Below are positions 29,595 through 38,679 of a DNA stretch of 64,000 bases, piece by piece. The notes beneath the pieces were generated by a model that saw only the letters and a list, made by a program, of their open reading frames with translations, was not told where the DNA came from and did not search any database. This stretch comes from Candidatus Poribacteria bacterium (lineage in GTDB: Bacteria; Poribacteria; WGA-4E; PCPOR2b): NCBI GenBank assembly GCA_965198175.1, contig OZ240245.1, forward strand, positions 608,001 to 672,000, given 5' to 3'. A program made the position numbers and the translations under genes. Position 1 is the first letter of the stretch; every line of letters begins with the position of its first letter.

Positions 29595-30413
29595 ATGAAG
29601 CAGTATTTGGTTGCGCTGAAACAGATTATGGATCACGGTGTCGATCGCGACGGTCGAAATGGTCTCTCTCGCGCTTTATTCGGTATGCAGATGCGTTATA
29701 ACATGGCGGACGGTTTCCCAGCCGTCACGACCAAAAGGTTGGCGTTCAAAGTCATGAAAGCGGAACTTTTAGGCTTTTTGAGAGGCTACTCCGATGTCAA
29801 AGACTTCCAGAAGTTGGGTTGTCACATCTGGGACGCGAATGCGGAGGCGGATTACTGGCAGCCAAAAGCACGGTTTGAAGGGGATCTCGGGCGAATTTAC
29901 GGTGTTCAGTGGCGGTCATGGAAGGCACCCGACGGGCAAATCGTAGACCAGCTCTCCAATGCCATTGAAGGGATTAAAACTCAGCCCTACAGCCGCCGCC
30001 ATGTCGTAACGGCGTGGAATCCGGGTGAGTTCGATCAGATGCCGCTTGAGCCGTGTCATACGCTTTTCCAGTTCTTTGTGGCTGGCGGGAAGCTATCGCT
30101 TCAGTTGTATCAGCGGAGTTGTGATATGTTTCTCGGTGTGCCGTTCAATATCGCCTCATACTCCTTGCTACTGCACATGGTCGCACAAATAACGGACTTA
30201 GCGCCGTGTGAGTTTATTCACACCTTGGGCGATGCACACATTTACCATGTCCATTTTGAGCAGGTAGAAACACAGTTACAGCGTGAACCGCTTGAACTGC
30301 CGGGGCTTTACTTGAACTCGGAGATAAAATCGATTGACGATTTTAAGATGCAGGACATCAAGCTGTGTAACTACAAACATCACGGCATCATTGAAGCGCC
30401 GATGGTTGTGTGA
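29595..30413 (+). CDS. thyA: Thymidylate synthase
   Basis: MKQYL, FPAVTTK, IYGVQWR, PCH, YQRSCDMFLGVPFN, GDAHIY. Confidence 0.96.
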   Translation: MKQYLVALKQIMDHGVDRDGRNGLSRALFGMQMRYNMADGFPAVTTKRLAFKVMKAELLGFLRGYSDVKDFQKLGCHIWDANAEADYWQPKARFEGDLGRIYGVQWRSWKAPDGQIVDQLSNAIEGIKTQPYSRRHVVTAWNPGEFDQMPLEPCHTLFQFFVAGGKLSLQLYQRSCDMFLGVPFNIASYSLLLHMVAQITDLAPCEFIHTLGDAHIYHVHFEQVETQLQREPLELPGLYLNSEIKSIDDFKMQDIKLCNYKHHGIIEAPMVV

Positions 30414-30419
30414 GGGGGC

Positions 30420-30911
30420 GTGCCGATGATTATCTCCATCATCACAGCCATGGATAAAAATCGCCTGATTGGCACAGGCGATGGGCTACCTTGGAAACTG
30501 CCCGCCGATATGCAACACTTCTTCCGAATGACCTTGGGCAAGCCTGTGTTGATGGGACGTAAGACTTATGAAACCGTTGGGGAACCGTTGAAGAACCGTA
30601 TCAATATTGTCTTGACGCACAACCGCCATTATCAGGCAGAGGGTTGCATCGTGGCGAATTCCGTCGAAGAGGCTTTAGCTGTTGTCAAGACGCACAAAGA
30701 AGTGATGATATGCGGCGGCGCACCAATCTACGCGCAGTTCTTGCCGCGTGCGGAACGTATCTATATGACGCTGATTCATCACTGCTTTGAAGGCAATACC
30801 TATTTTCCAGCGTTTAATTCTGAAGACTGGCACGAGGACAAGCGTATTGACTGTCAGCCTGATGAAAACAATCCATATCCATATAGCTTTCTTTTCCTGC
30901 ACAGAAAGTAA
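30420..30911 (+). CDS. folA: Dihydrofolate reductase
   Basis: LPWKLPADM, MGRKT, R.NIVLT, ICGGAPIY, TYFP. Confidence 0.95.
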   Translation: MPMIISIITAMDKNRLIGTGDGLPWKLPADMQHFFRMTLGKPVLMGRKTYETVGEPLKNRINIVLTHNRHYQAEGCIVANSVEEALAVVKTHKEVMICGGAPIYAQFLPRAERIYMTLIHHCFEGNTYFPAFNSEDWHEDKRIDCQPDENNPYPYSFLFLHRK

Positions 30912-31005
30912 ACCTTACCTAGCCTTCAAAGCCGCTTGAACAGTCTATCCCGCCGCGCGTTAAGCAGGGCGGTCGAGGTTGACTCCCCATCTTACGATAT
31001 TCCGC

Positions 31006-31035
31006 TTGACAACCCGGTTTTACCGATGATATAAT
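31006..31035 (+). promoter_or_regulatory. Sigma70-type promoter of tRNA-Leu
   Basis: TTGACA (31006-11), 18 bp, TATAAT (31030-35) with extended -10 TG. Confidence 0.8.
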
Positions 31036-31061
31036 TATTTTTGGTGTTTACAGGTCATGAT

Positions 31062-31144
31062 GCCCCTGTGGTGGAATTGGTATACACGGCAGGTTGAGGG
31101 CCTGTGCCTTAACGGGCATGCTGGTTCGAGTCCAGTCGGGGGCA
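31062..31144 (+). tRNA. tRNA-Leu(GAG)
   Basis: Acceptor GCCCCTG/CGGGGGC, anticodon arm GCAGG-TTGAGGG-CCTGT, long variable arm, T-arm GCTGG-TTCGAGT-CCAGT. CCA not encoded. Confidence 0.95.
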
Positions 31145-31152
31145 TGAAATAA

Positions 31153-31194
31153 GGTAGAGGGGGTTACTAGTCTAGTAACCCCCTCTACCGTTTT
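31153..31194 (+). terminator. Intrinsic terminator-like perfect inverted repeat
   Basis: GGTAGAGGGGGTTACTAG-T-CTAGTAACCCCCTCTACC followed by GTTTT. Confidence 0.7.
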
Positions 31195-31428
31195 ATCAAG
31201 TCGTAATCCGCCCTTCTTTTTACCTGCGATGCGGACAGCGGGCATCGCGGGGAAAGAGGGTTCCCATGTACAAATTCCTTCCATCCATTCCAAGCCCCCT
31301 TTTGTTGTTCACAGAAAGCCGATATCGGGTCAGCGCTACAGAGGTTGAAGGCGATATTGGGTTCCGTTGCGCCAAAGATGCGTAAAGCGATAGGGAATAG
31401 CCGAGCATCTCTCTATCCGGATATCGGG

Positions 31429-33204
31429 TTAAGCCTCGTCAGGCATCACTCGGAAATCTTCCACTGTTTTCTTGAGCGTTTCGACAATGTCCGCTTTGAG
31501 CAGAAAAACCGTGTTTGGCGAGCGCCATAATCGGGCGTGGAGGTGTTCAGATTCAGTAGGCTTGCCGATTTGCAGCACATGCTCAGTTCCGTCCTTTAGC
31601 GTGACGGTGACCTGAATTGCCGGCGCATCAAATCCGGTTCTAGCTGCATCGGGCGTACCCGCCAAAAACTTCTCGACTTTCAACTGATTAATCTGATAAA
31701 GGATGCCGCTGACTGTTCCATTTTTTGCATCCTCTTGCACCGGATGAGTGAGCCGCCAGTTTGTCCCCTGTTTCTGGCAAGTTAGGTTGACGTCACCATG
31801 CCGAAGCGTGAGCTTAACCGCCGAATCGCTTTCGAAGTCGAGAATCTGTTTGTCTCGCAACTCTGCGACTTCCATCCCAACGAGGTCGATGATATTGCTC
31901 TTAACCCCAAAGACAGGATCGGCGCTTTGAGATTTCACGTAGACCATCTCATCCTTTATCTTCCCGAGGTGGAGAACAACTGTATCCGCATCGGTTGCTG
32001 TGAACGAAACCTTAATCGAAGGGACGTCTAATCCATACGGCTGAAGGCTTTTGGGGGAATCGGCGACAAATTCGATTGCCTTCAAAGAATCGACGCCGAA
32101 CAGGAGATCATCGACTGCGGAGGCATCCGCCTTCAATGCAACCGGCGCTTTGATTTCCCATTCGCCATCGCTATTTTTCTCACAGACGATTTTTGCCCGA
32201 CCCCGCCGCTCAATCTCAAATCGGGTTGTCGCCGTTCGCTGGAAATCAATAACGCGCTTACTTCGGAGATCGAAAACGGTTTTGTTCAGCTTGGCGTAAA
32301 TTTCCCTGTTGACAGCGTAGACCGAGTCGAAGTCTGCGCGTTTTGTGTAAATTCGACCGGTTGCCTCATCATCGCCGCCGATTAGCAACGCTTGGACGCT
32401 GCCGTCGGCTAAATCGAGGCGAGCTTGAATTCGCGGCGTATCGAGTCCATACTCGGCGAGATCTGCCACCCCATCTCCCTCGAAAGCAACGACCTTCAAG
32501 GTGTCCAGTGCTGACAGAAGCGACTTGATTTCTTTGGAATCCGCCTCTGTCTCAATAGGCTTGTCCATCTCCCACAGATTCGCCTCACGCTTTTGGCAAC
32601 GAATCTCACTCTTGCCCGTGACCCGTAGTGTCAACGCCGCAACCTCATCTAGCTTGAATTTAAAGATGAATCGATCTCGCAGATCTGACGCCGATTTCGT
32701 GAAATCTTCGAGCGCACTCGATTCGATGAGGAAGATGTGCGACTCAGATGCCTCCTTTGCGTAGACTGAATAGTTAACCGTCTTCTTGCCGATGAGGAAG
32801 GTCTTAGCGGGCGTTTCGCCTGTCGTCCAGAGTTCAATGTTTATCTTGGGTGGGTCGAGTTCGTACTCCACCAGCGTTGTCACTTCAAGCGTGCGCTTAA
32901 TCTTTTTGTTTAGCAGGTCGCCAAGCATCTCGTTAATCTTTGTGCCCTGCGCGTCAGCGACAACGGGTTCTGTCAACTGCCAGGCGCCGTCACCATCTTT
33001 TGTGAGTGAAAGCGGCGCATAGGCAGCATCGTTGAATGAGATGTGCAGCCGTCGGATTTCGTCTTTGTCTAGTGCGTAGGCTGTGCCAATCTTCGGTTGG
33101 CGGGTGTTCGATTCATCATCAGGTTTGTCCTGAAAGAACAAGAGATACGTCCCGCCAAAGATGATGAATACAAGGAGAATTATCAGCGTTGTTTTGAAGT
33201 TCAT
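31429..33204 (-). CDS. DUF4340 repeat protein (three copies)
   Basis: N-terminal TM; three repeats of W.L..PV...AD...YGLD.P...L.IG...LR. Confidence 0.85.
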   Translation of the reverse strand: MNFKTTLIILLVFIIFGGTYLLFFQDKPDDESNTRQPKIGTAYALDKDEIRRLHISFNDAAYAPLSLTKDGDGAWQLTEPVVADAQGTKINEMLGDLLNKKIKRTLEVTTLVEYELDPPKINIELWTTGETPAKTFLIGKKTVNYSVYAKEASESHIFLIESSALEDFTKSASDLRDRFIFKFKLDEVAALTLRVTGKSEIRCQKREANLWEMDKPIETEADSKEIKSLLSALDTLKVVAFEGDGVADLAEYGLDTPRIQARLDLADGSVQALLIGGDDEATGRIYTKRADFDSVYAVNREIYAKLNKTVFDLRSKRVIDFQRTATTRFEIERRGRAKIVCEKNSDGEWEIKAPVALKADASAVDDLLFGVDSLKAIEFVADSPKSLQPYGLDVPSIKVSFTATDADTVVLHLGKIKDEMVYVKSQSADPVFGVKSNIIDLVGMEVAELRDKQILDFESDSAVKLTLRHGDVNLTCQKQGTNWRLTHPVQEDAKNGTVSGILYQINQLKVEKFLAGTPDAARTGFDAPAIQVTVTLKDGTEHVLQIGKPTESEHLHARLWRSPNTVFLLKADIVETLKKTVEDFRVMPDEA

Positions 33205-33316
33205 GGAATTATCTCATCTAAGTCCAATTTAGGAGGGTGTGACGCTCCAAACGCTGCGCGATTCAGTGCTACCTTCCATCTGGTGCATGCGTTGTTCAGG
33301 CTGCATATATCTTGCG

Positions 33317-34978
33317 CTACCGTCGTCGCCACCAGACGACCAACCCGATAAGAAAGATAATCACCGGGATGAGAAAAATCGATGCAATCTGCACGAAGGC
33401 AGCTTCGCCGCGCGTCAAGAAGCGCAGGGTTCGCTCACTTGGATCGATCGGACGGATGCCGATCAGATCTTCTTCCAACGTCAGCCAGTTTGCCGCATTT
33501 AGAAACAGATCGCCGCCCCCGGTGGCTTTAAAAAAGAGGTTTGAGGCGAAGTCAGCATCGCCTACAGCAACGATACGGGTTTTCGTTTTCTTTGGTTCAT
33601 CTGCTGATATTTCGTCATCGTTCAACGATTCGACCACGACAGCAAGCGATACTGGTGGCGGTGTGTCTTCGTTCGGTGTATATTCAGGATCGGCGAAAGT
33701 ACCATCTTCTTTACGATCTGTCTCCCCCCAACTAACGCCAACCGCATCAGTCGTCTTGGCGAGAGACTTGACGTTGAGTTCTGGTCCTTCGTCCTCCTTG
33801 GGGGTGACAGAACGCGCAGCCAAAAATGTAACAGGTCGACGCATGTTTTGCACTATCCCGTGGAATTCAAAGTCAATAACAGCGGGCGCAGCAATTCCAC
33901 CAGCAAAGTCGAGTTGGAATCGATCTATCACGAGATTATTGCCAACCGCAATACCCCACCGGTCCATCAAGCGAACCAAGTTCCGATTCGGATCTTCTGC
34001 TCGCGCTATTGAAGGTTCAAACATGATGAGCAGTTTGCCGTTTTTATCGAGGTATCTCGAAATCGCGTTAATCTCGTGTCTGGCAAGCGGGGCTTTTGGA
34101 CCAGGAATAACGAGTAGCACACAATCGGCGGGGATTTGCGGTTCGGTTGTCAAAACCAGTGCCTCAACAAGATAGTTCTGCGCTTCCAATTTCTCTTTGG
34201 CTTGGGTATACCCACTTTGCTCAAAGTCGTCGATTGACCGCTCCTCATGACCTGTTAGGAAGTAGATCTTCTTTACCTCATCGCGAACCACCTTCATGAT
34301 TGCGCTCGTAAATTTTTGCTCATCAATGGTTGTTACTCGCTCCCGTTTGTCACTACTCTCAAAGACTGTCGTTGCATCGTACTTAATATCATATACCTCG
34401 GTCTTCTGCGGATCTGCGACGGGATTAACGAATTCAACCGTGAGTTTGTCCGTTTCTCGCTTGTACCTTTCTAACGTATGTTTGGCGAGTCGATATTGCT
34501 GCTGTGATCGTGGATTGTTGGGTGAGTTGCTGAAAAAGGCAATCACGCTGACCTCGCGATCTAATCCGCGCAGGACATTCTTCGTCTGATCCGATAGGGT
34601 GTAGATTTTATCCGCTGTCCAGTCCACCGCCTTATCGAATCTCTGAGCAACGATGACGTTTACGATGATGGCAATTCCAAACGCCGCCAAAAGACTGATT
34701 GTAACGTTTGCGCCGTAGCGTGCTTGGCGGCTAACAAAGAAATGCAATACTGCCTGAAATCGCTTAGCAACGAAAGCGGCAAATGTAGCAATTCCAAGCA
34801 CGAGGAAGACCCAGAAGACAGGGGATGTGCGGTAGCTGGAGAGAAATAAGCTAACCAGTGTTGCGAAAAGAAAGATGAGGCTGACAAAGCCGAGCAGTGG
34901 CCCCAGTTTATCGCTCGTTTGGGAGTTTGCATCTTTCACGTGTTCGCGGTTCGGGAGTCCGCTTTGCTCACCTGACAT
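33317..34978 (-). CDS. GldG family ABC-type auxiliary component
   Basis: DWTADKIYTLS, IYFLTGHEE, LVIPGP, RIVAVGDADF, NAANWL, C-terminal TM ending WWRRR. Confidence 0.88.
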   Translation of the reverse strand: MSGEQSGLPNREHVKDANSQTSDKLGPLLGFVSLIFLFATLVSLFLSSYRTSPVFWVFLVLGIATFAAFVAKRFQAVLHFFVSRQARYGANVTISLLAAFGIAIIVNVIVAQRFDKAVDWTADKIYTLSDQTKNVLRGLDREVSVIAFFSNSPNNPRSQQQYRLAKHTLERYKRETDKLTVEFVNPVADPQKTEVYDIKYDATTVFESSDKRERVTTIDEQKFTSAIMKVVRDEVKKIYFLTGHEERSIDDFEQSGYTQAKEKLEAQNYLVEALVLTTEPQIPADCVLLVIPGPKAPLARHEINAISRYLDKNGKLLIMFEPSIARAEDPNRNLVRLMDRWGIAVGNNLVIDRFQLDFAGGIAAPAVIDFEFHGIVQNMRRPVTFLAARSVTPKEDEGPELNVKSLAKTTDAVGVSWGETDRKEDGTFADPEYTPNEDTPPPVSLAVVVESLNDDEISADEPKKTKTRIVAVGDADFASNLFFKATGGGDLFLNAANWLTLEEDLIGIRPIDPSERTLRFLTRGEAAFVQIASIFLIPVIIFLIGLVVWWRRR

Positions 34979-34984
34979 CAGGGA

Positions 34985-35710
34985 CTACCTCCATTTTGAT
35001 GATTCCACAGATTTTACAGTTGCGAACAGGCAAACCGTTGTGAAACTCAAAAAATAGACAACATGTTTGACGCCGACAACGCCGCGAGCAAAGTCCTGAA
35101 AGTGCTCAATGAGTGAAAGGTAGACAAAAAATTCACCGAACTGTCCCGCAAGATTCGATAGAGAACCAATTATCCAGAGGGCTAGCAGAATACCGAAGCT
35201 GGTCAAAGCCGCGACGATTTGATTCTTGCTCATTGAGGAGATGAGAAGACCGATCGAGAGGAAGGTGGACGCAAGCAGGATAAGACCGAGATACCCACTG
35301 GCGATTGAGCCCGTATCGATCTCACCGAAAGCGGCGATGAGGGTCGGAAAAAGTAGAGTCAGCAGCAACATGGTGAACGTCATCACCAAACTAGCCACAA
35401 ATTTTCCGAATACCATCTCCGTGTCGGTCACTGGCGAAGTCGACATCAGTTCAATCGTTCCGGTCTTTCGCTCTTCCGCAAAGAGTTTCATGGTCAAAGC
35501 AGGTGTGAAGAAGAGGAGAATAACGCTCATTGGGCCAAATAAGGCCTCCATTACTACGTTGCTTTGATCTTGGGAGCGAACTACACTGACGAAGATTACA
35601 GTAAATAAAATGCCGGTGACCGCTGTAAAGATAAAGAACACAAAGTAAGCAACCGGCGAAACAAAGTAGGTATACAAGTCTTTCATTGCAATTGCAGCGA
35701 TGTTCTTCAT
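34985..35710 (-). CDS. ABC-2 type permease (GldF-like)
   Basis: YFVSPVAY, PALTMKLFAEERKTGTIEL, KNQIVAA. Confidence 0.9.
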   Translation of the reverse strand: MKNIAAIAMKDLYTYFVSPVAYFVFFIFTAVTGILFTVIFVSVVRSQDQSNVVMEALFGPMSVILLFFTPALTMKLFAEERKTGTIELMSTSPVTDTEMVFGKFVASLVMTFTMLLLTLLFPTLIAAFGEIDTGSIASGYLGLILLASTFLSIGLLISSMSKNQIVAALTSFGILLALWIIGSLSNLAGQFGEFFVYLSLIEHFQDFARGVVGVKHVVYFLSFTTVCLFATVKSVESSKWR

Positions 35711-35874
35711 AATCTGCCTTTGAGAGGAGACTGTATTCAGCGGGCAACACGAACCAGAAGCGACGAATGACACCAAACAGATCTGAACATCATTTTTTGA
35801 CGGTTCTTATTGTGGACACGTTTAGAAATCACTCGACGAATCGACGGGTTGTTTCACGCACTGTACTTCTCATT

Positions 35875-36630
35875 TCACAACGCTAACGGTTTTTGCCAGC
35901 AGACCTTGCCGACGAAGAATGGACCGAGCGATTCGATATATTTGGCGGTCTGCTGTGTCTTCCTCATGTCTTGCACAAGCCGCGACAGAGGGTACAGCTC
36001 TGGTCCCACTAATCCAATCACGAACTCATTATCATGCGAATCGAGTCCGAAACATGCCAGTCGGATATCCTGCACATGCCCTGCTTGCGCGTACGCTCGA
36101 CCAATCATCGCATGTTCGCCCAAAACCTTTCCTTGATCCGATCTTGGAAGCATGTAAAACTCCGGTTTCCGACGGAGTGGATACCAGATCACCCAGGAAA
36201 ATTCAGGGTTCAAGATGTTCCGACGCGGCTTTATGAGCAGCCAATCCTCCAGATTTGGCTCGCGTCCGGAAGAATATGTCCTGCCAATCATCGTAAATTC
36301 AGGCTTTCGACGCAGCGACGCAAACGGTTGTCTCCTCAGCAGGGACCCGAACTCGGTTACCAGATTATTCGGGTTTTCCGTCATAAAGAGCAAGCCTATG
36401 CCGGACGGATCGTGTACATCCTGATACAGGGCGATCTCCAGACCGCTGGCTTTTAAGGCTCCAACCAATTCTTGTGGTTTAGCACACCCATCGAACGCCT
36501 GAAGTTGCACAAACAATCGCCGAGTACTGACTTGAGGGACGCCGTCGATCGGAGCGCCAATTTCACGGATGTCTAACGTATCGGGGGATTGTGAAGCTTT
36601 CTCCGCGTGTGTGGAACTTTGGGGCTGCAT
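35875..36630 (-). CDS. Chlorite dismutase/coproheme decarboxylase (ChdC/HemQ) family protein
   Basis: WYPLRRKPEFY, EHAMIGRAY (proximal His), FGLD..DNEFVIG, GPFFVG. Confidence 0.8.
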   Translation of the reverse strand: MQPQSSTHAEKASQSPDTLDIREIGAPIDGVPQVSTRRLFVQLQAFDGCAKPQELVGALKASGLEIALYQDVHDPSGIGLLFMTENPNNLVTEFGSLLRRQPFASLRRKPEFTMIGRTYSSGREPNLEDWLLIKPRRNILNPEFSWVIWYPLRRKPEFYMLPRSDQGKVLGEHAMIGRAYAQAGHVQDIRLACFGLDSHDNEFVIGLVGPELYPLSRLVQDMRKTQQTAKYIESLGPFFVGKVCWQKPLAL

Positions 36631-36766
36631 CTGTTGATGTACCTCACTCTTTTTTTGGGGGTTCCGCTATTTCGCGACGAGGCTTGGCTTTAACGACAGT
36701 ATACTACACCGCCCTCGTCAATTTCAAAACTAAATTGCTACAGTATAGCGACAGCATGCCACTCCC

Positions 36767-37186
36767 TCATTGGAGATGGTATAGCATGAAATAGATAACG
36801 ACTCCGGTGACAGAAACGTACAGCCACAACGGTAGTGTCAGACGTGCGATACGGCGGTGTTTGGCAAACTGTTTTCGCCAGGCAAGGTAGAGTGTTCTCA
36901 ATGCGAGCGGGAGGATGAGGGCAGCGAGGATAATATGAGAGATGAGAATGGTAAAGTAAACCGGGCGAATCCAACCACTCAGGTCAAAACTTTTGGATCC
37001 AGTGCGGAAATGGTAGACAAGGTAACTGGTAAGAAATAGCGCGGATACCACAAAAGCCGCGATCATGCACTTTCGGTGAGTTTCAATCTTCCGCCCCCGG
37101 ACCATCAAATATCCAGCAGTCAGCAAAGCCGCGCTAATTGAGTTTAGCGCGGCATTAATCATGGGTAGGTTTAAATCGGCAATCAC
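36767..37186 (-). CDS. DUF420 family membrane protein (oxidase-associated)
   Basis: LP.INA.LN, HRKCM, LFLTSY, ILISH, HRRIAR...WLYVSVTG. Confidence 0.9.
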   Translation of the reverse strand: MIADLNLPMINAALNSISAALLTAGYLMVRGRKIETHRKCMIAAFVVSALFLTSYLVYHFRTGSKSFDLSGWIRPVYFTILISHIILAALILPLALRTLYLAWRKQFAKHRRIARLTLPLWLYVSVTGVVIYFMLYHLQ

Positions 37187-37247
37187 AGGGATTTTTCTTG
37201 GCGTAAGGTTTTGAGACTGATACCGAAAAATGCTTTAACCCGCCGAA

Positions 37248-37670
37248 TCAACCTTCAATGCGTTCGATGGCGGTCTTGGCGCCTTCACGCACCAATCCAG
37301 AGGGATCGTTGTGCACAATGTGCTTAAGCTTTGCCAGTGCACGTGTATCCCCGAGTTTTCCCAGCGCGACCGTTGCAAAATAGCGGACATCGTCATCCGT
37401 ATCGTCAAGGGCTTCGAGCAGAGGATCAAGATCGTTCGACGTTGCAAGGTGGCGGTCCGCATCCCCCATATTGATTAGCGTCTGCGCCGCCTCTCGCCGC
37501 GCATCCCGATCGCCGTGCCGCAGCGCGGAAATCAGTGCGTCTGTTCTTTTCGAGACGACCGGCAAATTATCCCAATCGCAATCAAGACAGAACCACGTGC
37601 TTTCGTCGACGGTCTCTACATTTTTGCTGTGGCACGCGGGGCATACTGTAACAGTCTGCTGAATTGTCAT
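37248..37670 (-). CDS. Zn-ribbon + HEAT/PBS-lyase repeat protein
   Basis: CPAC...CLDC, then repeated ARREAA..L / VRYFATVALGKLGD. Confidence 0.8.
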   Translation of the reverse strand: MTIQQTVTVCPACHSKNVETVDESTWFCLDCDWDNLPVVSKRTDALISALRHGDRDARREAAQTLINMGDADRHLATSNDLDPLLEALDDTDDDVRYFATVALGKLGDTRALAKLKHIVHNDPSGLVREGAKTAIERIEG

Positions 37671-38101
37671 GACTCCTGCGCCCCATCCAGTTCTGGCAAA
37701 TCACGCCAGATTTCGGGACCTTCTGGCTTAAAGTTGATTGTTGCGATGAACTGCATGCCTTGGTAGAAATTAATTTTGAATTTACCGCCGCCGAAAGTTT
37801 GCTTGATGTAGCCCATTGCATCTTCAATCAACGGACCCATTTCGTCCGCATAATAAAAGGCAAGCGGCTTAAATCGAACTGTGTTTCCAAACGGCTCTTG
37901 CACCAAGAGTCTCGCTGTAGTCGCTGGGAACATGACTTTGAAGGCTTCCCAGAGTTGGTCCATTGTCGGTTTGGGGATGCCCAGCCGCTTTTTGAAGTCG
38001 TTCTCAAGATATTCGGAGAAAAGATTAAACACCCAGTCCATATTTTGATTGAAAATTTTTGAGTCTTGATTCAGAGCGGAGTCGTTAAAAAATCCTCCCA
38101 A
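37667..38101 (-). CDS. Hypothetical protein
   Basis: 144-aa ORF coupled (ATGA overlap) to the HEAT gene; TTG start. Confidence 0.7.
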   Translation of the reverse strand: MGGFFNDSALNQDSKIFNQNMDWVFNLFSEYLENDFKKRLGIPKPTMDQLWEAFKVMFPATTARLLVQEPFGNTVRFKPLAFYYADEMGPLIEDAMGYIKQTFGGGKFKINFYQGMQFIATINFKPEGPEIWRDLPELDGAQES

Positions 38102-38142
38102 TGGAAGTGTGGCAGAGGAAACTCCTCCGTGGCTTTACACTG

Positions 38143-38556
38143 TCAAAAGGTCGCCGCCTTCTCAAAAAATTCTATGTCGACCACATCGACATTCGCAAGG
38201 CGGGCATTTTCAGCGACACGTTGGACCACCATCTCCCGGACAAATGGAATCGGGATGCGTTTAACGCGGTGGACCACCTCCTCCGTGCAGCGGATTGAGG
38301 TGTTATCTAAGAATGGACCTTTGTGCGATTTCGTTTCAGCCGGATGATCGCACGTCTCCGGCACAAGCTGCTGCAAGCGCATTGAAACGTAATCGGTCAC
38401 CCAACCTTTGAGTGCTTCCCCTTTCTCCTCGCCAATCCCAGTCGGCTGGGGTTTCTGATCCAGCTTCTGACTGATGCCAACTAGCAAAGCTTCCAAGCGG
38501 TTCAATCGGTCTTCGACCGCGGATAGCCGTTCTTCAACTCTGTTTTCACTCTTCAT
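38143..38556 (-). CDS. Coiled-coil protein with C-terminal PCP_red-like module
   Basis: IRCTEEVVHRVKRIPIPFVREMV...A...IEFFEKA; RBS GAGGAG. Confidence 0.7.
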   Translation of the reverse strand: MKSENRVEERLSAVEDRLNRLEALLVGISQKLDQKPQPTGIGEEKGEALKGWVTDYVSMRLQQLVPETCDHPAETKSHKGPFLDNTSIRCTEEVVHRVKRIPIPFVREMVVQRVAENARLANVDVVDIEFFEKAATF

Positions 38557-38679
38557 AATTTTTTCTCCTCAAATGTGCGGGCATCGTGCATGATACGTAA
38601 AACATGAAAAACTCTTGAACCTCTGAAGGTACGAGGACTTACCGTAGTGGCACGGAAAATTATATCCGTCAACTGTGTT

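Noticed and set aside
29114..30911. dut-thyA-folA as a phage-derived nucleotide module
   Set aside because: It is an ordinary dTMP-synthesis cluster with no phage context.
33312..34175. 287-aa + strand ORF and other long antisense ORFs (e.g. 52730-53404, 54772-55368, 42496-43056)
   Set aside because: These are shadow frames opposite well-supported genes.
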